Notes: a model not told the origin generated them from the sequence alone. DNA of 64,000 nt from Nitrososphaeria archaeon (GCA_027078545.1 JALWXN010000004.1:896001-960000); one strand, 5' to 3'; positions 9,707 to 19,358 are shown, counted from the first letter of the stretch. Program-made: numbers and translations.

Positions 9707-12700
9707 CTAGTCCTCAAGCCTAGTCCCACAGCTCATGCAGAACTTGGCAGTAGGCCTATTCACATGTCCACAGCTGGGGCAGACCTTGCCAGCCCTCTCC
9801 ACCCTTGTAGGCCTCGTGGGCCTCGGGATCTGTGGCTTTGGTAGGCCTCCCATGCCACGTCTATAGAGGAGGAAGCCCGTTATACCGAGCCCTATGATAA
9901 TCACTATGGTGATACCCAGCGAGGCGGGTGTGAACATTACCCCTATCTCTAGGCTGGTGGCTCCCCTCCCGAGTGAGGCTGTACTCGTCGTCACGAAACC
10001 GGTCTCTAGGACTAGATCCCTATCTGGTAGTAGGAGTGTGAACCTCCCTGAGCCGTCGGTCTGAGTGGTGGCCACCACCTCGCCTGTAGACGGGTTCACC
10101 GCCCTTACCTCTGCAGAGCCTAGTGGTAGGCCAAGGAAGTCCCTGACAGTCCCAGTCACCCTCTTCACCTCTGTGGATATAGTGACAGTGGAGTCGGAGG
10201 CTAGGCCGACCTCCTGGGTACCCACGGTGTAGCCTAGGTATCCGATCTCCACCCTATAGCTTCCTGCGGGCAGATTGTTCAGAACCGCCTCTCCACCAGC
10301 CTCTCCAGCTATTACGCTCCCATTGGGGTGGTATACCTTGTAGCTGAAACGCTCGAGAGCCTCCCCATCCATCGTCTCGGGCCTGATGACCAGGTCGTAG
10401 ATAGCCAGCTGGATAGTCTTCTCACCGGGGGACGACTCGGCGGAGTATGTTGTTGGGAGTAGTACTCCCTGGTAGACGATGTTTGTTATCGAGATCGTCC
10501 CCTTGGGCAGGAGGAGCTGTGGATTATCCACTGGGAACTCCCTACCCTGTATCGAGAGGGTGAAGGAGACCTTCCCGAAGGGTATCTCCTCCCCATCTGC
10601 ATCGACGAATCTTAGGCTGACGCTGTATACAGCCGCCTTGATTGAGAAGGACTGGTCCCCACCCGTGAACTGGATCGTCCTCTCACTTGGGAGGACGTCG
10701 AAGCCCCTCCAGCTTAGGCTCTCTATGGTATATGTACCTATGACCGCGTACTCAAGGACGAGGCTACCCGTGACCGTATACCTCTTACCACCCGGACCGA
10801 TCAGAACAGCCTCCACATCGTCCAGGACTATTGATCCTGAGGAGTCGGATACGCTTATGCCAAGCCTACCCACTGGGAGCTCAACCTGTACATCCCTGTT
10901 ACCATCTAGCTGTACATCGATGCCTAGGCCATACTCCACACCATCGATATAGACGGCCTCTACACGCCAGAGCCCCTTCACAGCCTGTTCAACAGTCAGT
11001 CCACCGGTGAAGGTTATGGTGGATCCGTTGGGGTGTCTAAGCACGAGCCTGAAGTCTAGGCCAGAGCTGGATAGATCCCTTCCGAGGGTGTCCCTGGCGT
11101 CTAGCCTAAGCCTATAGACAGCGAGGCCCACCTGCATAGAGACGTCTCCATCGACCTGTATCGAGACGGGGCTGGGCAGTACGTTTACACCCTCCATGTA
11201 GACACCGATAAGTCTATGTGTACCCCTGGGCATCTGGTAGGCGGCTCCCCTAGCCTCGAGGCTTATGATCCTACCAGCCACGTCCAGCTCTATCCGGAGA
11301 GCCCTGTCTATAGCCCCTCCATTGGCGTCTCTAAATGCCAGGCTGAGGTGGTAGACCTCGAGGTTAACAACAACCTCACCAGGACCATCGACGTTGAAGC
11401 TGTTCTCACTGGGCGTCACGTCCACACCTAGGTAGACCACCCTCTCAATGGTTATCGTGCCAGGCACGAGGGCGACTCCGTCAGGCGAGTATACCAGGCT
11501 GCCAAGCCGGTCATGCCTGATACTAACCTCCTCAGGCGGAGTGGTAAGGGGCTCGCCATCCCTATCCCTGAATACGAGGTTTATCCTGAATACACTGGTC
11601 TCAACAGTCCTGACCCCGCTGCTCGTCTCCCTGAAACTGGTGTTCGCCACCTCGACACCCGACCATATAACCCTTATCCTATAGTCCCCCCAGGGCGCAC
11701 GGTCAACCGTTATTCTACCAGCCTCGTCGGTCCTGAAAGTCCTTACCGTGCCGTTTGGATATGTGACCTCCACATCTACATTGGGGAGTGGCTGCCCAGT
11801 CTGATCCACAACGGTGTAGCTGAGGCTTAGGAGGTAGTCCTCCACGTTGAAGGTCACGTTACCCATATTCTTGTATGCGTCGAGGGCGTTGGAGAGGGCG
11901 TTCTCATAGTTGCCAGCCCCGGACTTTATGATGTTTATCGCGGTGGATAGGCTCTGGTTATACTGGCCAACCTGGCTCCATACATCGTCTGGTATAATGG
12001 TGAAGCCGTACCGCTTGAAAGGCTCAAGAGCCGTGTCGAGCTTACCATATGCCTTGTCGATATAGTAGAGTGCATAGAGCATACTCGCCTGCTCGATCTG
12101 GAAGACATCGTTCCTACCCCAGCTATGGAGGTAGGTCATGTATCCCCAGGTCATGCTCCAGAGCCAGAAGACATCAAGAGCCCGGCTAGGGTTACGTGTA
12201 GCCATCAACTCCCTCCAATTAATCCCGTTGTGGGGATGGTTTAGGGAGAAGATATGTCCTGCCTCGTGTACAAGTAGGGTGGTAAGCCCTAGCCATGGCG
12301 GTACCTTACTAAGTATTGTTATGTTAACGTAGGTGTCAAACCACTCGTTGTTCTGGACGAGGACTACATATGTATCCCCGATGCCACGGGGCTGGACACG
12401 GGCGTTTACCACCCCATTAAAGGTCTGCCGATATATGGGTGTGGGGCTACCACCGTCTAGGAACTCCCTATACCCTGCACCATCTAGAACTATTATATCC
12501 ACCTCTCCGAATGTGAAGCCCTGTATAACTATCTCCCCACCAGTGACCTTGGGGAATATTGGCACAGGTTGAGCCGCTATCTGGAAGGCGGGTAGATAGC
12601 CTATCAACGGTTCGGAGGGGATATACCCGCCGATAAGTGCAGGTGTCTGTAGGACGGCTATGATATGGGATGGGATGGTGTTCTCATCGGTAAGGGCGAT

Positions 12701-13948
12701 CCCGCCTGCATACGCTATCCTCACATCGAGGAAGATGAACATGGGGACTTCATAGACTGGGTCGGGATCCCTAAACCTATCGATATTCTCCATGATCCAG
12801 TTATGGACGACTTCCAGTGGCGCTCCCTGGCCAAAATACATATTGTAGAGAATCTCATCCCTCAGGTCGGGGAAGTCGTCAAGGGTATACAGACCCTTAT
12901 CCTCATAGGTTATGTTCAACGCTCCGCCGAAGAGGTTCCTTAGCTCTGATAGGAAGACCTCAGGTGTGAAGTAGTTCCTAGGGTCTAACTGGGTGCCGTT
13001 GACTATGTAGTAAGCCTCGAAGGATATGTTGAGGGCGGGTATAGGTGGGTAGACAGCGGTGTGTACAAACTTGAAGATTACTGCAGAATCGATAACCCTA
13101 GCGAGCTGCTGGTTCAAAAGCTGCTTATCACCGGGTAGACTCAGGAACCTCATCGGCCTTATCTCGACCGATACGTTGTTGAAGGAGGTGGGGCCGGCGC
13201 TCAGGTCGAAGAAGATCAGCCTCGTCGAGCCTCCACCAGCCACCGATTGCATAGAGTCCTTCCTTAGGTAGACGTTCCACCCCTGGTCAGGGTCTGGGAG
13301 CGTTATGTTGTAGAAGTATAGGTATGAGATGTCGGGATACGTGTTTATGATAACCAGTGTATACTTCCCCTCGGTCTCGGGGAACTCCTGCCTAACCCTG
13401 TTTACGAGCCACTCCTCGAACTCCATGGCGTTGATGTAGGCGGCGTCCCTCTCACCAGTCTCGAGCTGGGCTCTGAATGGAGCTTCTCCCCAGACTCGAT
13501 TATTATTGATGTAGCTGACTATATCGCTCTTCAACTGGCTAGATGCATATAGGAACCGGTAGTTCAGGGTGAAATTGATATAGATATATGCCTCACCCTT
13601 CTCCAGGATCCTCTGTAGATCAGCCCTTGCATACCACTTGTGTACATTCGAGAGTATATACTCCTCATCGACAAGATCTTGGCCAAGGCCTACGAAGACC
13701 ACATAGATATCCAGCGGCACCCCATTAAACAGATCCCGTAGGGTGCCCGAGACCCACTCCAGCTTCCTAAGACTAGTCGCCATCTCATCGCCCTGGGCAA
13801 CCAGGTCTAGGAAGCTGTTGGCAGTATACTCAGACCCTGCACCACCAACATATCCAGATAAGTCTATAGATGGTGGTATCGGTACGGCAAGGAAGACTAG
13901 AAGGGTAAAAAGTAGTGGGAGTGGGGATCTCCTCGGCCCAACACCCAA
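9707..13948 (-). CDS. Large membrane-anchored surface zinc metalloprotease (metzincin-like) with beta-sandwich repeats and a cytoplasmic C-terminal zinc ribbon
   Basis: Signal peptide; HEAGHIFSLNHPH zinc motif with a downstream Met-turn-like GYMTY; about 8 CarboxypepD_reg/Cna-B-like repeats (D..G.PL...YPNG, TD..G); C-terminal TM, Pro/Arg-rich linker, CPSCGHVNRPTAKFCMSCGTRL. Confidence 0.8.
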   Translation of the reverse strand: MGVGPRRSPLPLLFTLLVFLAVPIPPSIDLSGYVGGAGSEYTANSFLDLVAQGDEMATSLRKLEWVSGTLRDLFNGVPLDIYVVFVGLGQDLVDEEYILSNVHKWYARADLQRILEKGEAYIYINFTLNYRFLYASSQLKSDIVSYINNNRVWGEAPFRAQLETGERDAAYINAMEFEEWLVNRVRQEFPETEGKYTLVIINTYPDISYLYFYNITLPDPDQGWNVYLRKDSMQSVAGGGSTRLIFFDLSAGPTSFNNVSVEIRPMRFLSLPGDKQLLNQQLARVIDSAVIFKFVHTAVYPPIPALNISFEAYYIVNGTQLDPRNYFTPEVFLSELRNLFGGALNITYEDKGLYTLDDFPDLRDEILYNMYFGQGAPLEVVHNWIMENIDRFRDPDPVYEVPMFIFLDVRIAYAGGIALTDENTIPSHIIAVLQTPALIGGYIPSEPLIGYLPAFQIAAQPVPIFPKVTGGEIVIQGFTFGEVDIIVLDGAGYREFLDGGSPTPIYRQTFNGVVNARVQPRGIGDTYVVLVQNNEWFDTYVNITILSKVPPWLGLTTLLVHEAGHIFSLNHPHNGINWRELMATRNPSRALDVFWLWSMTWGYMTYLHSWGRNDVFQIEQASMLYALYYIDKAYGKLDTALEPFKRYGFTIIPDDVWSQVGQYNQSLSTAINIIKSGAGNYENALSNALDAYKNMGNVTFNVEDYLLSLSYTVVDQTGQPLPNVDVEVTYPNGTVRTFRTDEAGRITVDRAPWGDYRIRVIWSGVEVANTSFRETSSGVRTVETSVFRINLVFRDRDGEPLTTPPEEVSIRHDRLGSLVYSPDGVALVPGTITIERVVYLGVDVTPSENSFNVDGPGEVVVNLEVYHLSLAFRDANGGAIDRALRIELDVAGRIISLEARGAAYQMPRGTHRLIGVYMEGVNVLPSPVSIQVDGDVSMQVGLAVYRLRLDARDTLGRDLSSSGLDFRLVLRHPNGSTITFTGGLTVEQAVKGLWRVEAVYIDGVEYGLGIDVQLDGNRDVQVELPVGRLGISVSDSSGSIVLDDVEAVLIGPGGKRYTVTGSLVLEYAVIGTYTIESLSWRGFDVLPSERTIQFTGGDQSFSIKAAVYSVSLRFVDADGEEIPFGKVSFTLSIQGREFPVDNPQLLLPKGTISITNIVYQGVLLPTTYSAESSPGEKTIQLAIYDLVIRPETMDGEALERFSYKVYHPNGSVIAGEAGGEAVLNNLPAGSYRVEIGYLGYTVGTQEVGLASDSTVTISTEVKRVTGTVRDFLGLPLGSAEVRAVNPSTGEVVATTQTDGSGRFTLLLPDRDLVLETGFVTTSTASLGRGATSLEIGVMFTPASLGITIVIIIGLGITGFLLYRRGMGGLPKPQIPRPTRPTRVERAGKVCPSCGHVNRPTAKFCMSCGTRLED

Positions 13949-13954
13949 TCCGGG

Positions 13955-15652
13955 TCACCCCTCAAGCTTGGTTCCACACTTGACGCAGAACTTGGCGCCA
14001 GGCTTATTTGGATGCCCACAGCTCGGGCAGTATAACGCACCCTCCACCGGCTCAGGCGGAGCCTTCCTAGGTACCTTGACCCCTACTCCTCCCCTCTTGA
14101 GGAATATGTAGGCGCCGACGCCTATTAGAGCCAGTACTGGTAGGGCGATCATCCATAGTGGTATGCCTGGTGAAGCCACCTTTACCGTGAGGGTGCTCGA
14201 CGCAGGGTTGAAGTCATCGTCCCCAACAAAGCTGGCTGTGACCACGAGGTCTCCACCAGTAGATGGGGTGTATGTAAGGCTGAAGGTGTTGTCCTCACCG
14301 ACCCTCACGGTACGTGTCTCGGTGTTGCCCCCAAGCTGTATGGTTATATCCACCAATACGTCTTTGAAGGAGACGTCTACGCCTAGTGGGTTGGGCCCAT
14401 CATAGCTCAGCGACCCAGTTATAGTCACTGTCTCACCAGCATTCACCTCGGTGGCATTTGCCTGCAGCGATAGCGTGACGTCGCTCTTAGCACCCTCGGC
14501 CAGCTTCGACTGGGCCTTCTGGATCATGTACGACGCGTACCAGTTGAAGGGGTAGAGGTTCCTAACATCCTCGAAGACCTTCTTGGCCCTTGAGTAGAGC
14601 CCTGCATAGAAGTATCCAACACCCTCCTCCCACATCTGGTCGACAGGCCCACGTGTATTGTAGCTCACACCCTGCTCAGCCAGATATTGTTTAAGCACGT
14701 CACCCGGTATGAAGAAGTTGAACCCCGCTACAGGCTCTAGATTCTCATCTACAGAGGCCATATTGGCTACACCTATGACTTCACCCCTCTCGTTAACCAC
14801 TGGCCCACCACTATTGCCTTTACTAATGTCCACATTCGTCTGTATAGCCCTTACATCCGTGATCGTCCTCCTCTCACCACTGATGATACCGTTTGTATAT
14901 GAGGGGAAGAGCAGAGTGTCCTCACTCAGCATAGTGTGGAAGTTGACCACACCTGGATAGCCGAACGCGTATATCGTCTGGCCAGGCTGATACTCATCTA
15001 CCTCGCTAATCTTGAGTGAAGGGGTATTCGCCACATCAATCTTGAGTACGGCGAGGTCCCTACCCACTAGGAACGGATCGGGAGTACCTACGACCCTAGC
15101 GATTATACCATCCTCCCTAATCTTTCCTCCGCTTGACTCGCCGACCAGGACATAGACTATCCGGATGGCGTTCCTCACCTCACCATAGGTAAGGACATGG
15201 TTTATAATGAACTCTATGTCCTCCTGGGTAATATTATAGCCGCTCTCTATAAGGTTGTTGATGATGTCGATAGCTGCACTCCTAACTAGCTCCGTCTTCA
15301 CGAAAATATCCTCGAGATAGTCCGAATGGGTCATGGCGAAGACTACATGCCCATTGGTCACTATGTAGCCATCGTTATTAACGAAGAATCCGCTCCCAAT
15401 ACCCCCTATCATCGAGGTGACGGTGAAGAAGTCGGCTGTGGGGCGTCCATACCTATCCACATATGGAACCTTTATCTCGGCCTCTATAATCGTAACTATG
15501 AAAACGACTCCGGGCAGGACTAGGTCGTAGATAGCCTCTGGACTGATAGCCTCCTGAGCCGCCACAGGCTCCACGACGGGCGTGTATGGATTAGCTGTCG
15601 GGCCGAGGAGTATTCCCAGCAGGATCAATACGATTATCCCATTCCTAACCAT
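13955..15652 (-). CDS. Membrane-anchored trypsin-like (S1C/HtrA-like) serine protease with TPR, Ig-like domain and cytoplasmic zinc ribbon
   Basis: Signal peptide; GSGF, TNGHVV, DLAVLKI, GNSGGP catalytic triad; TPR-like helix pair; Ig-like domain; TM; CPSCGHPNKPGAKFCVKCGTKL. Confidence 0.88.
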   Translation of the reverse strand: MVRNGIIVLILLGILLGPTANPYTPVVEPVAAQEAISPEAIYDLVLPGVVFIVTIIEAEIKVPYVDRYGRPTADFFTVTSMIGGIGSGFFVNNDGYIVTNGHVVFAMTHSDYLEDIFVKTELVRSAAIDIINNLIESGYNITQEDIEFIINHVLTYGEVRNAIRIVYVLVGESSGGKIREDGIIARVVGTPDPFLVGRDLAVLKIDVANTPSLKISEVDEYQPGQTIYAFGYPGVVNFHTMLSEDTLLFPSYTNGIISGERRTITDVRAIQTNVDISKGNSGGPVVNERGEVIGVANMASVDENLEPVAGFNFFIPGDVLKQYLAEQGVSYNTRGPVDQMWEEGVGYFYAGLYSRAKKVFEDVRNLYPFNWYASYMIQKAQSKLAEGAKSDVTLSLQANATEVNAGETVTITGSLSYDGPNPLGVDVSFKDVLVDITIQLGGNTETRTVRVGEDNTFSLTYTPSTGGDLVVTASFVGDDDFNPASSTLTVKVASPGIPLWMIALPVLALIGVGAYIFLKRGGVGVKVPRKAPPEPVEGALYCPSCGHPNKPGAKFCVKCGTKLEG

Positions 15653-15656
15653 CTAA

Positions 15657-16088
15657 TCACCTCTTGAAGATCTTCTTGACACCCCCTAGGAGACCCTCGT
15701 CCTCCACCAGCTTGGCGCCACAATTCTCACAGAACCTACTACCAGCCGCGTTTGGATGCCCACACTCGGGGCAGTAGATAATGTTACCGGTATGGCTATG
15801 CCTAGCCGGAGTCGTAGAGGTAGGCTCCGCCTGTTGTGTCTGCTGGGCCGGCGGCTGGCTCGAGACACCTCCAGACCCGCTTAGCCCACTGGTCTTCAGG
15901 AGAACCACGTCCCCAACGGCCTGGATATTGCTGAAGAAGACATAGTTCTGCTCCTCACCCTCGCCGATGACCATCACTAGGTTGCCCTTCAGGTCGAAGC
16001 CTATGTCACTGACCTTCCCGAGGATCTTCCCGTTGGCGTCGATTACGGTCTTACCGACTACATCCTCCCTTCGGAAGAAGGAAGTCAT
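15657..16088 (-). CDS. PRC-barrel protein with Q/P/T-rich linker, zinc ribbon and C-terminal amphipathic helix
   Basis: DVVGKTVIDANGKILGKVSDIGFD...IQAVGDVVLL PRC-barrel pattern; CPECGHPNAAGSRFCENCGAKL; GLLGGVKKIFKR tail. ATG 16088 is favoured by TATA spacing (ORF track gives 16109). Confidence 0.85.
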   Translation of the reverse strand: MTSFFRREDVVGKTVIDANGKILGKVSDIGFDLKGNLVMVIGEGEEQNYVFFSNIQAVGDVVLLKTSGLSGSGGVSSQPPAQQTQQAEPTSTTPARHSHTGNIIYCPECGHPNAAGSRFCENCGAKLVEDEGLLGGVKKIFKR

Positions 16089-16117
16089 GCTATCACGAAA
16101 TACAATCAATCCACAAA

Positions 16118-16126
16118 TTTATATAA
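16118..16126 (-). promoter_or_regulatory. TATA box of the PRC-barrel/protease operon
   Basis: TTATATAAA on the minus strand about 30 nt upstream of ATG 16088, with an A-rich BRE-like element upstream. Confidence 0.6.
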
Positions 16127-16200
16127 CTAGTATTTTCTGTGAGGAGGGGTTTGGAGGCCAGGCATTTCCATATGCTTAGAAACTTAAAAGACTCTATTCC

Positions 16201-16581
16201 CTAGATTTCTACACCGTGTTCCTTCAACATTTTTGAGAGTTTTGAAACCGTGTTGATGATATAGTCGACAGCTCTATCCATATCGATTATCCTTACTAGG
16301 AGCCTATGTCGCCAGAGGATCCTCTGGTTATTATGGTCTATGAAACGTGTGAAGACCCTTTTAAGCTCGTCGGGAACCTGGATATCATTCTTCTTTAGGA
16401 AGAAGTCTACGTAGCACCATGTATAGGCATCCTCCTTATAGTCACTGGCATGGGCCAGGTCGAAGGATATGTAGAAGGGTATCCCGTTGGAGACGGTTAT
16501 CCTATCCTCACTCCCCTCTATGGGGAACTCGACCTCCTTGAGGCCATAGCCCTTGAGGTCGTTCCTGACTAGGAACTCCAC
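16201..16581 (-). CDS. Hypothetical protein (true start possibly ATT at 16626)
   Basis: 126-aa ORF with host-like codon use; the frame stays open upstream to a GGAGG-preceded ATT. Confidence 0.7.
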   Translation of the reverse strand: MEFLVRNDLKGYGLKEVEFPIEGSEDRITVSNGIPFYISFDLAHASDYKEDAYTWCYVDFFLKKNDIQVPDELKRVFTRFIDHNNQRILWRHRLLVRIIDMDRAVDYIINTVSKLSKMLKEHGVEI

Positions 16582-16768
16582 AATAGCCCTTCGCCGCTTC
16601 TTATTCAGCTCTGCTAGATTCGAAATCGCCCCTCCCCTCCCGACTCACTGGGATCTCCATATTAGCCCGGTATTACCAATATCTAACTATATGGTTAATA
16701 TATTACAAAAACACCCACCTTGACATATATAGCGCCCAAGAGGGGATGATGAGGGAGCGGTGCATATC

Positions 16769-18451
16769 ATGTCGCAGGAGATAACCCTCAACAACCTTGT
16801 GAAGGAGTATTTCTCCAGCCTCCTACAGATATATCCCCATCTAGGCCTAGACCTAGACATCAATATCAGCACCGAGCTTCCCGACATGTCTATAGACGTC
16901 ATAGAGAGGGAGAAGGGGCTCATAAAGCTGACCCTGGAGAGGCTGGAGGACATAAGCTTCGAGGATCTAAGCCTGGATGGGAAGGTACAATACCTAAGTT
17001 TTAGGGACTATCTCAGGCTTAGGCTCTTCTTCATAGAGGACTGGCAGCTATGGCGTATGTATCCCGAGTCCCTCGACATACTCATCAAGATCCTGACATA
17101 CATCCTATACAACCCGAAGATAAGCCTGGAGGAGAAGGTCGTACAGATAGCCGAGTATCTAGACGATCTACACCGCTTCCTAGAGCTTAGTAAGCAGAGG
17201 ATTAGGAGGCCCCTGAAGCTGCTTGTGGAGCTGGGCCTCCTCATGGTGACGTATCTCAAGCAGCTACTGACATATATCGAGGAGGAGGCGGGTAAGGATC
17301 CGAAGGCTGCAAAGGTTTTCAGCAAGTATAAGCAGAGGTTCGACAGGGCGATGGACTACCTCGACGACTATAAGAACTGGCTAACCAACCTTAGGCAGAG
17401 GGAGCTCTTCGACATATCGATGGGTGAGCAGCTCCTAGAGAAGCTTATAAGGGTTAGGAAGCTGGGCTCAAGTGTCAAGAGGATTCAGAACATATTGAAG
17501 GCAGACATCCTGAAGATAGAGGAGGAGATCGAGAGGAAGCTCGCGGTCATGAACATGTCCAGCCTCAGGGACTACCTAGAATCGGTGAGGGAGGTAACGT
17601 ATAAGGATCCATACATGATCTCCTCGAGGTATGAACAGGTATTCGTCGATACTAGAAGGCTACTCCTCGAGAACAACCTACTAGAGCTGCCAGAGATAGA
17701 GCTCGACATCAACATAGTCCCCTTCAGGGCATACTACGTAACCCCTATATTCAGCTATAGAACAAATGTGCTCGATGGTAAGCTGAAGATAGAGATCTAC
17801 ATCAGGGTGAAGGACGAGGAGGACGCTAAGTGGCACAACGAGTTCGAGAGCCAGCTGAGAATCGTCAGGGACATCATACCGGGCTCAGCCCTAATAAGCT
17901 ACTACCTCAAGAAGTCTGGTAACCTGCTGCAGAAGATCCTCGACATCCCCGAGTACCAGGTGGGCTGGGGATACTTCGTACAGGACATGATGGTCGATGT
18001 AGGTATACTCAGCGGCGAGGATATGGAGCTCCTAAACCTGGTGGAGAAGTATAAACTAGCACTCCTCGCAAAGATGGATCTAGAGATGAATCTGGGGAAG
18101 ATAACCCATGTACAGGCGGCCAAGTTCCTGAAGCAGGCCGACGGAGTCTTCAGCGACGACGAGGTGATAATAGGGACGATGGAGATCATGACAACCCCGA
18201 CTATGCACCTATCAAACTACCTCGCATACAAGTTCTACAAAAGGATGATCAGGATACTCAGGGGCATCTCAGACGAGGGGCCCTACGCAGCGGACAGGGA
18301 TGCGGAGAAGGAGAGGGAGTCGAAGATCTTCAACTATAGATGGTTCGCCGAAAAGATCTTCAAGTATGCCGTGACCCCACATAGATACCTGGAGAGCCTA
18401 CTCCTAAGGGACTATGCTTCGGACAAGATAGATAGGGAGTTTAGAGGCTAG
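16769..18451 (+). CDS. DUF885-like all-helical protein with degenerate metal-binding motifs
   Basis: Size and layout of DUF885; RDIIPGS where HExxPGH is expected, VGWG where EGW is expected, PTMHLSNY at the P..alsY position. Confidence 0.6.
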   Translation: MSQEITLNNLVKEYFSSLLQIYPHLGLDLDINISTELPDMSIDVIEREKGLIKLTLERLEDISFEDLSLDGKVQYLSFRDYLRLRLFFIEDWQLWRMYPESLDILIKILTYILYNPKISLEEKVVQIAEYLDDLHRFLELSKQRIRRPLKLLVELGLLMVTYLKQLLTYIEEEAGKDPKAAKVFSKYKQRFDRAMDYLDDYKNWLTNLRQRELFDISMGEQLLEKLIRVRKLGSSVKRIQNILKADILKIEEEIERKLAVMNMSSLRDYLESVREVTYKDPYMISSRYEQVFVDTRRLLLENNLLELPEIELDINIVPFRAYYVTPIFSYRTNVLDGKLKIEIYIRVKDEEDAKWHNEFESQLRIVRDIIPGSALISYYLKKSGNLLQKILDIPEYQVGWGYFVQDMMVDVGILSGEDMELLNLVEKYKLALLAKMDLEMNLGKITHVQAAKFLKQADGVFSDDEVIIGTMEIMTTPTMHLSNYLAYKFYKRMIRILRGISDEGPYAADRDAEKERESKIFNYRWFAEKIFKYAVTPHRYLESLLLRDYASDKIDREFRG

Positions 18452-19304
18452 CAAGTATAACGGCCACGGTATAGACTACGAAGAGGTATGGACTCGTAAT
18501 CTTGAAGAGCGTCCATACATCCCTCATATTGGGCCGGGTAACCACGCGGTAGGAGTAGTATAGCACCAAGATGTTAAGCGCCGCCAGGGTCCCTAGGAAG
18601 GCTGGATGGGTATATATACCACCTGCAAAGGGGAGGAGTAGGCTAGAGACCGCCAGTGCAACAGCGGATAGGCCTATGACCTTGATACTACGGTCCTCAT
18701 CAAGTATAGAGGTGTACATAGGCACACCAGCCCTCCTATAGTCATCCCTATAGACGAGGGCCAATGTCCATATGTGAAGGGGAGTCCATATCACGACTAG
18801 GAGGAATAGGAGCCAGGCATCGAGCGGGATAGTCCCATCATAAGCGGCGTAGCCGATGAGTGTGGGTACACCCCCTGAGGGGGCGCCCAGAATAATGTTT
18901 AGTGGGGTCCTCCTCTTACTCCATAGGCTATATACAACCACGTTGTCGAAGAGGCCTATAGCCATCAGGATGGCTGAGAGGGGGTTTAGGAGGAGGGCAA
19001 GGGTTATGCTCGATATGGATAGGAGGAGGCCATAATACAGTGCATATCCAGGGTCGAGCCTCCCACTAGGGATAGGCCTCTTCATAGTCCTCTTCATAAC
19101 AGCGTCTATATCCCTATCGATATACCCAGTCAATGTGTTCGCCCCACCCGTCCCCAGGATGAGAGCTATGGTTAGGATGAGGAGCCTAGTATCTATAGAG
19201 CCACGAGAGGCTATCAGGTATCCAGCCACACCTGTATAGACCAGGAGGGACCATATACGTGGCTTAGTAACCTCGATATACTCCCTAAGCCCCATTACAA
19301 TCAA
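18441..19304 (-). CDS. ctaB: Protoheme IX farnesyltransferase (heme o synthase)
   Basis: TKPRI, DRDIDAVMKRTMKRPIPSGR, KRRTPLNI, WTPLH, DDYRRAGVPM; multi-TM. ATG 19295 is an alternative start. Confidence 0.95.
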   Translation of the reverse strand: MIVMGLREYIEVTKPRIWSLLVYTGVAGYLIASRGSIDTRLLILTIALILGTGGANTLTGYIDRDIDAVMKRTMKRPIPSGRLDPGYALYYGLLLSISSITLALLLNPLSAILMAIGLFDNVVVYSLWSKRRTPLNIILGAPSGGVPTLIGYAAYDGTIPLDAWLLFLLVVIWTPLHIWTLALVYRDDYRRAGVPMYTSILDEDRSIKVIGLSAVALAVSSLLLPFAGGIYTHPAFLGTLAALNILVLYYSYRVVTRPNMRDVWTLFKITSPYLFVVYTVAVILASL

Positions 19305-19358
19305 GTATTAAAGTCGGGCCTACAACCGTTAAATTGGGGTCGTATAATAGGATATATA

